DNA of 58,408 nt, the filler included, from Fonticula-like sp. SCN 57-25 (Eukaryota): NCBI GenBank assembly GCA_001724245.1. It is 5 parts of 5 records of this genome, joined end to end, with 100 filler letters (N's around TTAATTAATTAA, not from the genome) between each part and the next. Parts side by side here need not be neighbours in the genome. Positions count along the whole stretch, not along the records: positions 35,376 to 46,678 come from MEDX01000203.1; positions 46,779 to 58,408 come from MEDX01000204.1; 3 more parts are not named here. One strand, written 5' to 3'. Positions 35,376 through 49,552 of the stretch are shown here, piece after piece (position 1 is the stretch's first letter; every line of letters starts with the position of its first letter). The position numbers and the translations under genes were made by a program. A model generated the notes under the pieces. It saw nothing but the letters and a program-made list of their open reading frames with translations, was not told where the DNA came from and searched no databases.

Positions 35376-36424
35376 GCAGAATCGCTGCTGCATCTCGACC
35401 TTTTGCCGCCGCGCATGCAGCAGTCGTTGTCGTCGCTGATGCAGGCGAACACGTCGGGCGACGCCATGTCCATCTGCGGCACCTCTGCGCTTGCCAGCGC
35501 GCAGATGCCTCCCCCGCGGCCGCCGTGCGCCATTCAGCTGGTCCCCGTCGGCCCGCTCGCGCGCTGTGTCACCGTCTTCAACGCCGTGGCGCGCGTCGGC
35601 GAGGCCGTTCGGATCGGCCGCTCCGCCGACAGCGGGATCCAGATCCTGCACGCCAACGTGAGCATGAGCCACTGCGTCGTGCAGCGGACGCCGCACGGCA
35701 CCGTCCTCGAGGACACGAGCATGAACGGGACGCACGTCAACCACGAGTGTGTCGTGCGCGCGTCGCGCCCAATCCAGATCGGCGACGAGATCGCAATCCA
35801 GCTGTCGCACCAGCGTACGCCAGCAGCATGCCGGACCTTATTTCTAATGTTTTGTGGCTTGCCAGCGGCCGCCGAGTGGGTGCGCCTGTCGGTGCGCGAG
35901 CAGCAGCAGCCCAACAGCAGCGTGATGGACGTCGACGAGAGCGCCGGGGAGGACGCCGCTGCCCCTGCCCTCCCCTTCTCCTCCTTTGTCGGAACGGTAC
36001 GCGACCGCTAGACCTCTTTCTGTGGCTCACCCCTACGCTCGCAGCGGTCGTACTGGGGCCTGCTGATGCTCATGACGGACGGCGCCGGCGAGACGATCCA
36101 CCTGCGCTCGGATGTGGTGCACGTGAATGGCGCGGCGCCGGGGGCGGTGCATACTGCGCACCCCGTGCTCAAGTCGTTTTCCGTGACGCTGCGGCGCGTC
36201 AGTGCCAGTGTCACGGCGTGGGAGCACCACATGGCGGGCGTGGCGGTGACGCAGAGCGGGCGCGATGGGCTCATAGGGGCCAATGAGGAGGGGCGCCTCA
36301 CTACGGGGACGGTCATCAGCTACAGCGCAGCGCCAGGTGCGTGGCCTACTTGAGTTTGATTCATAGCGCTGACAAATTGGACATTATAGGCCACACCGCG
36401 TCCGTCGTCTTTTACCTTGTTAGG
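35376..36424 (+). CDS. FHA-domain protein, probably 5'-truncated; 3' end approximate
   Basis: VRIGRSADSGIQILHANVSMSHCVV..LEDTSMNGTHVN..IQIGDEIAI matches the FHA signature (GR..S..H..NGT). A second degenerate FHA-like beta segment may follow (GLIGANEEGRLTTGTVISY). Confidence 0.8.
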
Positions 36425-36568
36425 TAAATGTGTGTATATCTCTACGGGCTTAAAAGGTTGCCCTATGTTTTGTAGTGACTACCCATCCCATTCATGTTAA
36501 AGTGTGCTCAGTATCTATCGAGTATGTATTCTTCTATAATTAAAACAGTGATGAAATGCGCCAAAAAC

Positions 36569-37808
36569 TTACACGGGCGGGGAATTGCTTGTCTTTACAC
36601 ATGTTGATGATGTAGTGGCGGCCTTTGGCGTCACAAAAAAGCGCAGAAGGCTTGGGTTTACCGCCAATTTCAAATTCTGCGATGGGATCAGCTCGCCGTC
36701 TACCGAAATGAACTCTTCGCCTCCCGGGCTCGGCGACACATCAACCTGCGTCGCCTCAAAAATGTCCACGCCGCTCATTTTTACATGCTCGCCGCTATCA
36801 AAACCGAGCATGATACGCGCATAGTCAAACCTCGACAGCGGCGCGTAAAAGATGATTACGTGGATGAGGGCGTCGTCGACGCGCGCCCTGGGCGCGATGA
36901 GGACGTCGGTGGCCAGTCGCGGCACGCTGGAGCAAATGAGGCCGTGGAACGGGCCGTCCACCTCGACCCAGCCGTCCTCGCGTATCCTGAGCTTTTTCCC
37001 GGGATAGTTCGCCACGGAAGGGACGGGCTTGCCGGCGTGCGGTACGAACGCGATCTTGCCGTCGTACATGCGGCGGTGAAGAACGACGCTCACCGGCGCC
37101 AACGCCATCGCGAGCATCGGGCCCATCCAGCGAATCTCCACTTCGGTAAGGCGGTCGTGGTCGGCAACCATGCCCCATGTGACGCTCAAAAACGAGAGGA
37201 TCTCCTTGGGGGCATCGACGCCCGACGTCGTCACAGTGATGCAGTCGACCGGGGAAATCGAGCGACCTGAGATGCAGGAAACGACCTCGTCTATGTGTTT
37301 GTGGGAGATCCCGAGGCTGGCTGCCATGCCGTTGCCCGTCCCGCACGGAATAATGCACAGCGGCATTCGCTCAAAAATAGTGTCTCGATCGCGATGGCGA
37401 TTCAGCCCGTTGACCAGCTGATGAACCATGCCGTCGCCGCTTACGCTCACCTGCGCAGGAGGGTCAGCAACAATAAAGCAAAAACAAAGCACGAACCAGG
37501 GCAGAGTATTTCTCACAGTCCACTTCGGACGCGAGCTGTGCTGGATGCGCAGCGTCCTTGGTAATGACCACCTCAAAGTCAACATTGGCCGCCTGGAGCC
37601 GTGGGGCAACCTTGTTTGTAAAATACCGCCCCGCGCTCCCGCCTCCTCCGTGCGGATTAATAACTCTATTCGCATTAAATATCAAGCAAGTTAACACCCC
37701 ACTGATGTCTGCAGAGAGCGATGCCGTACACCAAGAGAGTCATTCTTAACCGCACCGCGGCCCGCGCGGGGTAGCAGGTGTCAAACGAGTTTTTTGCTGA
37801 CTCATCAT
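36569..37808 (-). CDS. Sphingosine/long-chain-base kinase-like protein (DAGK catalytic domain)
   Basis: VINPHGGGGSA, VSVSGDGMVHQLVNGL, PLCIIPCGTGNGMAASL, FLSVTWGMVAD..EIRWMG, ISVDGE. Confidence 0.88.
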
Positions 37809-38012
37809 TGCCCCTTGCAGACGTCTCGTGTCCTCGTCGTCGACCAAGCGACCCACAAAAAATTCAAGAATAGGTAAATAAAAAGTGTGCGGCGCAAACG
37901 CGCATTGGCAGCACGATATGATATAGCAAAATAGGGCAGGAAATGATATTCAAAAGAACTTGAAAAGAGATGCAAATTGTAGGATTACAAAATGTACACA
38001 ATTAAAAGCAAT

Positions 38013-41000
38013 CTAGCGTCGGCCGTACGGCGTCGCCGACCCGCGCGCCGTACGATACCGCTTCGTCTCAACCGCGCCACCGGGCGTAATCAAGCGGCCG
38101 CTGGACGCCGAGTAAGACGGGTCGCGCTCGCGGTCGCGGCGGTCCCGCTTTACGTGCGCGTTGCCAGGAGAGTCATCGTCGGACGAGTCATCTAAAATGA
38201 AATGTCAGCCAGAAGAAACACTTGCATTGCGGCGCGTACCGCTCGACTCGGACTCTGCAACGCCCTTTCCGTGAGGCTGCGGGGTCCGCAACGTCGGCGG
38301 CGGCGATCTCCCGCCGCGCGTGTTCTGGCGGCGCTTCCGGCGCGCCTCTCTCTCGGCACTCTGCTCCAGCTTTTGGAGCTCAAAGTCAGAGATCTCGTGC
38401 AGCGTAGGCGTGAATTCATCAATGATCTGCTCGGGGCGCAAGGTCGACGCAATCTCGGGCATCATGCGGGTCTCGTCCATGTACCCAGTGTTGAGCATGC
38501 GGCTGTAGTACTCGACCTGCTCGCGGATGCTGTGCGCAATCGCCGTCCTAGAGCCACGCGCGTCAGCAAGACAATATAAAAGTGTGGTCATTAAAACATA
38601 CCTGAATTCGCCTCCCAGGCCAAGCTCAGTAGTGACGCTCGCGGCAAACTCTTCTGGGGCGTTCGCGTCGGCAGAGAGCTCCCACTCAAACTGGTCCACG
38701 TAGTGGATCTGGTCGCTGCACACGTCCACCTTGAGGCGCACGCGAAGGTCGGGCCGATAAGGACTCTGCTGGCGCATCGCCTTGTACTCGTTGAGCTGCT
38801 CGCGCATCTGCTTGGCAATCAGCGGGGCGCAGAGCGCTGCCGAAAGGCGGAAATCGTGGCACAAAATCTCGGCATACTTTTCCGGGGTCAGGATCGATTC
38901 TACGCAAAGTTGTTAGGCAAAGTGGCTGTGGCTACACGTCACCGTACCGTTCATGTTCCACGTGAACGTGTCGCGGAGACGGTGCCCATTCACGTCCAGC
39001 TCGATACGAATAGGGACAAGCTCCTCTTCTTCTGACGCCTGGCGCTCCCACATGTTCAGTGAGCTACACAGGTCGTGAGCCACTTTATAGACACACATCG
39101 CCAGCACTCGTACCACACGGTCTTGACAACAGCGGTCGGGTCAGGCACGATCTGGAGCGGGTGACGAGCGTGCTTGGCGTTCACCGAGCGGCGACGGTCG
39201 ACTTCGCGCTGCTTGGAGGAAAGCAGCGTCTAGCGCACGTCGGTAAGTATGGGTGCTGGTGCAACAAGGGACGACGTACCTGCATGTTTTGAAGGATTCG
39301 GAACCGGTCTTGCTCCTCGATCTTTGTAAACTCCTTGTGAAACGACACTTGCCCCGGCGACAGCGGCGGCTCGGCAGACGCCACCTCTGGCTTGATTCCC
39401 GTCGGCGCCTGGGACGGCGGCGGCGGACCACGCGACGGCGGCGGTTCAATCTGCGACGGCGGGCGCATCGGTGAGACGCCCTGTTGTTGTGCAGGCTGCT
39501 GCTGTTCTTGCTGCTGCTGCTGTTGTTGTTGCTGCTGCAGTTGTTGTTGCTTCTGCTGCTGCTGCTGCTGTAGCTGCTGTTGCTGTTGCGCCTGCTGCTG
39601 CTGTTGAAGTTGTTGTTGCTGCTGCTGCGCCTGCTGTTGCTGCTGCAGGAATTGCTGCTGAAAAGCCTGCATTGCCTGGGGGTTCTGCTGCATCAACCGC
39701 TGCTGCATGAGCGGTTTCTGGCGCATTTCCTCCTGCTGCTGCGGCGTCAGCGTTTGCTTCCCAGGCGCCTGCGCTTGGGTAATCGGCCGAATGGGTGTTG
39801 TGATGCGCGGCGCCGAGGGCTGGCGCGATAGCCCGCGCGCGGCATCCAATGACGGGCCGCTCATCATGAGAGGTGTTGCGGGTGATGGCGCGGGAGACGC
39901 CGCGGACGAGCGCGGCGACTCGGGCATGGTGTTGAGAACCGCGCCGCTGCCGGGAACCACAGTGACATCCACGCGGGTGAGCGAGAATGGCGTAGACGCG
40001 CTCTGCTTGAGGATCGGAAGTATCTCGTCAAGCAGCAGCAAAACAATTTTCTTGCCTGCTTCATTCCGCAGAACAGAGGTAAGACAAGCGTATTGGTCTT
40101 CGGAGGGCTGGAAGCGCTGCAGCTTTGGGAACGCGCTGAAAAAGGTGGCACTCGACATGTTGAGCACGACGAGTACCTCGGAGAGCAGGACGGCGCGGGC
40201 AGCGATGCCGGGCAGAAAGGCAATCGCATGGATGACGGGGCGCTCGGGAACGGCGCCTTGCTGCGACGTAGACGTAGACGGCACGGTCGTGATCGTCGGC
40301 ATCGGAACATTCCCCACGTTGGAGGGCGAGGCGCCTGCGGAGAGAGGGCCAATGGTGGGTGAGGACGCCTGCTGCAATTTCTGCTGCTGCTGCTGTTGTT
40401 GCTGCTGCTGATGCTGTGCCTGTTTCTGCTGCATGAGCATCATGAGCTGCTGCTGCTGCTGGAGGAGGCTCTGCTGCCGAAGGAACTGCTGCTGGTCCTG
40501 CTGCAGCTGGGGCGAGCTCGGGTCTGGCTTTACCATAGGGTTCCCTTGCTTCTTCGCCATCATTTGCTGCAATTGCGCCTGCTGCTGCAGTAGCTGCTGC
40601 TGATGCTGCTGCATCTGATGTTGCTGCTGTGGCGTCATCTTGGCGGCCGCTTGCGAGTTGTCCTGCGGGCCCGGCGGCGAGCTCTGCGTCGGAGCAAATG
40701 AAGCGAGCGGACCCTGATGCGGGCTGCCCTTTGTCGCGCCCGCCGGCGGGCTCGTCTGCTGCGCCTGCTGATGCTGCTGGTCCGGCGCCGCCTTCCGAGC
40801 TGCCAGGAACTGCTGCAGAGCCTGCTGCTGTTGCGGAGACAAGGGCCGTCCTCCTTGCGCAAACAGGAACTGCTGCAACTGCTGCTGCTGAGCAAGCGAC
40901 AGGTGCTCCAAGCTCATCGGCGGCATTGCCTGCGACTGCGGCATCGTGCGCGGCGATCCGTGTGAGGAGAGCTGGAAATGTTGTTGTTGCTGCTGCTGCT

Positions 41001-42213
41001 GCTGCTGGGATGCGGAAAGAGGCGCTTGTGGCGGTCTTGGCTGCATCATTGGCCGCTGCTGCTGCTGCTGCTGCTGCTGAAGTTGCTGCTGTTGCTGGAA
41101 TTGCAGCTGTTGCAGATGCTGGAGTGTCTTTGCGTGGGGTCCGCCCTGCGCTCCCTGCTGCGTCTGGCGAGCTTGCTGGGCCTGCAACTGGGCTTGGTGC
41201 AATAGAGTCGCGTGCCCGGCCTGCGCCGCCGCCTGCTGCTGCTGCACATTCTGTCGCTGTCTTGCAAGAAGCTGCTGCGAATGCTCATGCTGATTCGCCA
41301 TCATCCGCTGCTGGTTCGCGGCGAGCATCTGCTGCTGTTGAAGGCGCTGCTGCGGCGTTAACTGGGGAGAAGAAAGGCCTTGCGGCGCATTCAACGGCGA
41401 CGCGTGCTGGGGGCCTTGGTGGTGGTGCGGGGACCCCGCCAACTGAGTCGCCACAGCCTGCCCCGGGGACTGCCAAGGCTGCGACTCGACAGGAACCAGC
41501 GGCTGAAAGTTGGCAACGGGTGACGACGCCTGCCGCTGCGCTTGCTCTTGTTGTTGCTGCTGCTGCTGCTGCTGCTGAAAGTGGGCCCGTTGTTGCATGT
41601 ATTGCAGCCGTTGAGCCGGGCTGGCATCCTGCTGCTGTTGCTGCATCTGAGCAAACTGCTGCTGCATAAACTGCTGCTGTTGTCTCCGTTGCGCAAGCTG
41701 ATTCATCTGCTGCTGGTTCATCTGCTGATTCAACTGCTGCGGCTGATTCATCTGCTGTTGCTGCTGCTGACTCGGCTGCGGCTGCTGGTTCGGTTGATGC
41801 GGGTGATTGGCCAGCTGCTGTTTACTCGGATGCTGCTGCTGCTGCTGATGTGCCGGTTGCTGATGGCTCGGCTGCTGTTGCTGATTCACCTGCTGCTGCC
41901 CCGCGTATTGATGAAATTGCTGCTGAGGATATTGCTGCTGACGCTGCTGTGGTAATACAGATGGCTCCGGTACAACCGGCGACTGCTTCGTTGCGGAATC
42001 GACCGTCTGCGGTGCAGGGGGAACATCTGGCAGGATGACGGCATGACCGAAAGGCTGCGACGCGGTATCGTCCGACTGCTGCTGCAAAGAGTCGTCCGCT
42101 ATTAAATCCGGAAATATCAGACCTGTATCATCCAGCGCGTTAACATTGTCTCCTGTCCCGCCCCAATCTAAAAAGTCGAGCTCCAACTCTGGCATGTTCC
42201 CTGACGACCCCAT
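38013..42213 (-). CDS. SNF5: SWI/SNF core subunit SNF5/SMARCB1 with long polyQ N-terminus and winged-helix-like domain
   Basis: Rpt1 [39 protein letters not shown], Rpt2 [35 protein letters not shown], coiled coil [10 protein letters not shown]. About 5 exons. Confidence 0.93.
39481..41950 (-). repeat. Multiple CAG/CAA polyglutamine microsatellite tracts
   Basis: Long ctg/ttg runs on the + strand, densest at about 39490-39660, inside SNF5 exon 1. Confidence 0.95.
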
Positions 42214-42369
42214 CGCCTTTTTTTGGCGCGCGCAGGAGGCCGCAGGAATCGACGTCACGTGACACTCTTGGATTTCGCCCGTGGAAATCACTTGCTTTCA
42301 GCGGTTCATTCTACAATATAAAAAAATTAAGTGACAGACTCAAATTCGTGCGTATTGTCGACAGCGGCG
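42214..42369. promoter_or_regulatory. 156-bp bidirectional promoter (SNF5/SLY1) with GTCACGTGAC E-box and TTTGGCGCGC E2F-like site
   Basis: Divergent ATGs at 42213 and 42370. GACGTCACGTGAC near 42251-42263, TTTTGGCGCGCG near 42221. Confidence 0.55.
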
Positions 42370-44526
42370 ATGGCGGCGACACCGACCATCTCCTCGCTGG
42401 ACGACGAGGCAAGGCCTTCGCTCAAGCAGCGCCAGAAAAGTATGCTTGCGCGCCCCTTTCCATTGTTAAGAGGGGACCTTTCGGACTGACGCGCGCTCTT
42501 CTTGCAGATGCGCTGAAGGATATGATCTCGATGCACGAGTCCAAGGGGCTTGTTGGGGCGGAGGAGCAGAGTGACGAGCTCGTGTGGAAGGTGCTCGTGT
42601 ACGACCGCCATGGCCGCGACATTATTTCCCCTCTTTTCACTGTCCCGGAGCTCCGCGACACTGGCGTGACACTGCATCTGTGCGACTAGTAACCGCTTTC
42701 TCTGGCCCGTCACTCATGCGCTTCGCTTGCTAGTCTGCTCTCGAGCGAGCGGCAGACGATCCCCGACGTGCCTGCCGTCTACCTCGTCGAGCCGTCAGAG
42801 GAGAGCATTCAGCGCCTTGTGCAGGATCTCTCTGCTCGTCTCTACGAGCGCTTTTATATTTGCTTTACATCGGCGGTCCCGCGTCCTCTGCTCGAGCGGC
42901 TCGCCTCTGGCGCTGTAGAAGGCGACGCGGCCACGCTCGTATCGGGTGTCTTTGACGAGTATGTTGACTTTGTCACGCTGGAAGACCGCCTCTTTTCTCT
43001 CAATCAGCAGGACGTATATCGCATCTGCAATGACCCGTCGTCGAGCGACGCCGTGATCGAGGCCACAATTGACCGGGTCGTCACGAGCCTCTTTTCTGTC
43101 TTTGCGACCCTTGGCGATGTTCCCATTATCCGCTTCCCGCGGGGAAATGCGGCCGCCATGGTGGCCGAGCGTCTAGACGCGCGCCTGCGCAGCCACCTCA
43201 GCAGCACGCGCAACAACCTCTTTGATGAAGGGTCGCACGCGGGCGGCGCTCGTCCAGGTACGCTTGCCACGCCCGGCCGCCATGCTGAATACTAACGCGT
43301 ATGCATTTAGTGCTTATTCTGCTGGATCGCAATATTGACCTCGGCACGATGATGCGGCACACGTGGTCGTACCAGCCGCTCCTAAACGACGTGATGAACA
43401 TGCAGGTGAACAAGATCTCTGTCGAGGAGGTCGGCTCCTCGAAAAAGAAGCAATACGATGTGGACCCGCTTGACTTTTTCATGCAGACAAACGCCAATCT
43501 CTCTTTCCCGATGGTCGCCGAGAACGCCGACATTCAGCTGAAAAAGTACAAGGCCGACTATGAGCGCGTGAGCTCTCTGTCGGGCGGCGCCGGCGGCACG
43601 CCCACGGAAGAGACCCTCGGAGTCAACACCGACCTGCTGCGGTCGGCAGTGAGCGCCATTCCGGAGCTCAAGGAGCGCAAGCGCATCCTGGACATGCACA
43701 TGCACATTGCGTCGGCGCTCCTGCAGACAATTAAGCGGCGATCCCTCGACACGTTTGTTGCGCTGGAGGAGGCGATGAGCAAGCAGACCAAGGCTACCAT
43801 TATTGAGACGATCGCGGACGAGGCGCGCGGGACGCCCGACGACAAGGTGAGGCTGGCGCTCCTCTGGGTGCTCGCTCAGAACGAGGAGAACGCGACGGAC
43901 GCCAACTTTGCCGAGCTGGAGGCGGCCCTGTCGGCGGCCAACTGCGGTATCAACGCGGTGAATTACCTCAAACAGTACGCTTTCATGACTTGTTTTTTCT
44001 TTGCGCTAATGCAGTTAATAGGATGCGCGCCTTTTTGCGCATGAATGCGGTCGCCGCGCAGTCATCCAGCGCGAGCTCCAGTCGCGATATTCTGGGCAAG
44101 TGGGGCAGTCAATTTTCAGACAGTTTGATGGGCGGTGTGATGGACAATGCGGTGCAGATGCTCAAGACGGGCGTGTCGTCGCTGGCCAACATTCTCCCGG
44201 CCAACACGACGCTGCCGGCGACCCGCATCGTGGACGGCATCCTGGAGGGAAAGAGCAACGCCGACGTGGACGCGTACTTGTACCTGGACCCGCGTAGCGG
44301 CAAGCGCACGGGCCCGGCCCCATCACCAAAGACGAAACAGTCGTACGGTGAGGCCGTCGTCGTCGTCATCGGAGGCGGCAACTACACCGAGTACCACAAT
44401 CTGCAAGAGTATGGGCGCAAGCAGCTCATCCCCCGCAGCATCACTTATGGCGCGACGGAGCTGCTCAGCCCAGCGCAGTTTGTGCAGCAGCTCGAGGCGC
44501 TCGGTGCGGTGCAGTCGCAGCGCTGA
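42370..44526 (+). CDS. SCFD1: Sec1/Munc18 family protein Sly1
   Basis: SLKQRQK, WKVLVYDRHGRDIISPL..ELRDTGVTLHL, VPIIRFPRGNAAAMVAERLD, LDRNIDL..HTWSYQPL, IGGGNYTEYHNL, YGATELLSP. Confidence 0.96.
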
Positions 44527-44689
44527 CAAGTATACGACATCATTTCATTTCATAATATAATTCATTCACCAAAACACCACATCGCTCATGCGTTGCACGA
44601 CAAAACTGAAAGTATAATCGAAAACTGCCGGATTTGTGAGAGTATTGAATTTTATTATAACACGAATTCTTGTAGAGTCTACTGCGTTC

Positions 44690-45381
44690 CTACATCATCC
44701 TCAAGAGGTACTCGACGGCCGCGTTCACGTTGCCGCCCGTCGCGAGCAATGCGCGAACGTTGCTGGTGGCGTCATAGAAACCCATGTCCTGCAGCTGCTG
44801 AAGCTGGACCTGGAAGCGCTCCTCCGGCGGGGGCTGGGTCGAGGCCGGTGCGGCCGCCGGCGGGACACCAAGACCACCGAGCATTTGGGCAAAATCGGCT
44901 GCAAACGGAAACGGGCGTTAAACTAAAAGTAATAGATAGAAAAAAAGCGTCGTACGCTGCTGCTGAGGCTGCTGTTGCGTCCGCGACTGCATGGCGCTGA
45001 GATAGCTGGCAAGAAGCGGGTTAACTTCCGGCGCCGCACCGGCGGGCGTCGATGATGGCGATTGGGCCTGAGGGGGCATTCCAAACGCGCCTCCCGCGCC
45101 GCCTCCCATCATGTTCATGGCCGCCTGCATTGACGCCGGATTCGTCATCATCTGGAGCATCGCCGGGTTTGAGAGCATAGCGCGCATCTCGGGCGTCATC
45201 ATGCCCTGCGTGCCACATTGTAAGTCCCGCAAATCTTTGAGCATGATCCCGGCGTACCTGAAGATAAGGGTTGCTGGCAATAAGAGAGTCAAGGACTTGC
45301 GGGTTGCTCAGCATCTGCTGCATCATCTGCTGCATCATGGGATTCTGCATCATCTGCATGGCGGCCTGCGGATCCATGCCA

Positions 45382-45425
<44 letters not shown>

Positions 45426-45933
45426 GCCAAACGGATCGGCACCGGCACCTCCGAGCCCTCCCATGCCAAAGGCTGCGCAAATCGTCAGCAAAAAAAACCG
45501 ATAAAAATCGTGTCGTACCCGCGAAAGGGTTCACCGGAGGCACTGCTCCGGCCGCCGGCTGCGTCGGCGTCGAGGGAGTCTGAGGAGCAGCGGCGGGGGC
45601 AGGGGTGGATGCTGCCGGAGCGGCCGTCGAAGGGGACGCACTCGACGCGGTCGTCGTGCTGCGCACCAGGTGAATCACATGGCCCTCTTTAATGTTGTAC
45701 TTGGTGATAGGCTCCGCATCGCTGAGCACCTTGCCGGTATAAATGAGGCGCTGCTGGCCGGCGGGCGTCCCGCTGGCAGTGTGAACCGCCTCCTTCAATT
45801 GCGCCACGGTAAACGTCTCTGTGAACAAGCGTGAGCAACTCTGCGTGAGATCGCAAGTTACGTTCAAAAGGAGCGTACCCTCAACATCTACCTCGTACTT
45901 TTGGTCGTTAAACGCCTTGACGGTGAGCTTCAT
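44690..45933 (-). CDS. UBQLN: Ubiquilin/Dsk2 (UBL-STI1-UBA)
   Basis: UBL ([23 protein letters not shown]), STI1-like [59 protein letters not shown]. Confidence 0.95.
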
Positions 45934-46045
45934 GGTGCCGCGGGCAGAGGACAGACAAACCAAGTCGCAAAGTGGAAATGACGCACCTTTTCCATCAATC
46001 TTCTGGAATGCTTATAACGTATTTTTTCGATGCAAAGAGTATCGT

Positions 46046-46117
46046 GGGTTAATGGTCTAGTGGTATGATTCTCGCTTCGGGTGCGAGAGGTTCTGGGTTC
46101 GATTCCCGGTTGACCCC
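46046..46117 (+). tRNA. tRNA-Pro (anticodon CGG)
   Basis: Acceptor stem GGGTTAA/TTGACCC, D arm TGGTCTAGTGGTATGA, anticodon arm CTCGC-TTCGGGT-GCGAG, T loop GGTTCGATTCC. Downstream TTTTT Pol III terminator. Confidence 0.96.
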
Positions 46118-46249
46118 ATATATTTTTGCAAATTTCTCTTTTGTTTGCTGGGCAAATCACCACTGTCATCATTGTGCGAAATCGTCAGCAGATGCGCCCG
46201 ATCGTCAAGTGCTCAGTCGTCTTTTCTTTTTCTCCTTGTTCGAAGGGAA

Positions 46250-46678
46250 AGAGCTGTCGTGGCGGTGGAGGTCGCAGTCGACGACGTGCTTGAGGGCGAC
46301 GGTAATTTCAAAAAAGCTTCGTATAACCTCTTGAGGATGGGTATTATTTCCGAACCTGCTGCCGCTGCGTTGGTGAAGGCCTTCGAGCAATTGCTGCTGT
46401 CGAAAAGTTTGCCTTTGTCGTCGTCGACAAACCCGTTGGAGAAAGCGGAAGAGCAGTCTCCAAAATCAATGCGATCTTTCACCCAGGACCCTCTTTACGA
46501 TGACTGGGTGGGATGGGTGAAGCCGAACGTCGACGAAGGTGCTGTCGCTTTTTATTTCGAATCGGCGCTGGACCATGCACTCGCTCAGCATTATAGCAAC
46601 TTGAAGGCGCTTTTGCAGGCAGCTCGAACGGCGGTGCTCCCGATGAGCGAGGCGTCGAAGAACTTTTGGAGTGTGATC
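46250..46678 (+). CDS. Hypothetical protein fragment, truncated by spacer
   Basis: Open frame with globular-looking composition after a pyrimidine tract and AG near 46244. No family recognised. Confidence 0.35.
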
Positions 46679-46778
46679 NNNNNNNNNNNNNNNNNNNNNN
46701 NNNNNNNNNNNNNNNNNNNNNNTTAATTAATTAANNNNNNNNNNNNNNNNNNNNNNNNNNNNNNNNNNNNNNNNNNNN
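46679..46778. other. Artificial contig spacer (N44-TTAATTAATTAA-N44)
   Basis: Identical spacer. Confidence 0.98.
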
Positions 46779-47050
46779 ACCAATCAGATTCATTTGAGCT
46801 TTGCAAAAAGTCTGGGGGGCCGATTTTTGATCAACCCGAATTTTATTGAGACCCTACGACACCGAAATCTACGGTAATCAGCGGCGGACTCTGCCCCTGC
46901 ATCCTTATCTGCAAGATGCACGCTGTCTTTACCAGCATTGAACCGCTTAATTCGTCGTATCCACGTGGTCGTGTTGCTGAAGAGTAGTTCTCTACGAATG
47001 AACCGGTGAATCACCGAGTCCACGTGGGCACAGTAGCTGTTAACGTCAAC

Positions 47051-47683
47051 ATGAGCGGCGACGGCAAGGCGGAGCGCGTACGCCGCGATCCTCTCATTGG
47101 TGCTTACTTACCTCTGCGTAGGCCTCGTTACTGGGCGATGGGAACCCCTTTGATGATGATAGGTATGTATATTGTCCATATTCTTTTTTGCCGCCGTGGC
47201 TCACACTTGTTCAGTGACTCTGACATTGAGGACATTCGCCCGGCCCCTTCGGGCGGCCGCACCCCCAATCCCTCGTCCAAGGTGAACCTCGTCAAGGAGC
47301 ACGTCGACGAAGTCATGGGCATCATGCGCACCAATATCACAAAGACAATTGAGCGTGGCGACAAGATGGAGGCGATCGTCGACAAGACAGGTGCGCCTGA
47401 TGATCCCTGTGCACCCTCATGACTAACCATCATATCAGACGAGCTCGCGCAGTCGGCGGACGTCTTCAAGGCGCGCTCAAAGCAGTTGCGGCGCCGCATG
47501 TGGTGGAACAATGTCAAAGTACGACACTCTTCCTTAACTGGCACCTGCTCACCGTCTGAATAGATCCAGGTTATGATCGGGTTTGTCATCGTCTGCATCA
47601 TTGGCCTCATTATTGGTGCGCACATCCCTGCCCGGCATCCCCTGCTAACCCAATGCCTTTTAACAGCATATTTCGCATTATAA
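47051..47683 (+). CDS. VAMP4: R-SNARE VAMP4-like, 6 short exons
   Basis: Spliced product MSGDGKAER|ASLLGDGNPFDDDS|DSDIED..KVNLVKEHVDEVMGIMRTNITKTIERGDKM..|DELAQSADVFKARSKQLRRRMWWNNVK|IQVMIGFVIVCIIGLII|AYFAL. It has the dileucine motif and acidic cluster of VAMP4. Confidence 0.85.
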
Positions 47684-47894
47684 TATATGTTTTCCCCAGT
47701 TCCCTGTTATTCTCTTTCTGCTTTTCGACGCATGTCTTTTCCCGCGTGCCCCATAGATCCCGCAGCTGTGCCGCTCATGTTTCCATTCAAACCAATGCAG
47801 AAATGTATTACGAAACAAGTTTACGTCTCACTTTCCCCGCCATTTTTCGTCGGTTTTCCTTTCCGTATTCCAAATTTGCCACAAAAAAACGCTC

Positions 47895-49552
<1,658 letters not shown>

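Noticed and set aside
39392-41955. PolyCys and polyLeu ORFs on the + strand
   Set aside because: Antisense readings of the SNF5 CAG/CAA tracts.
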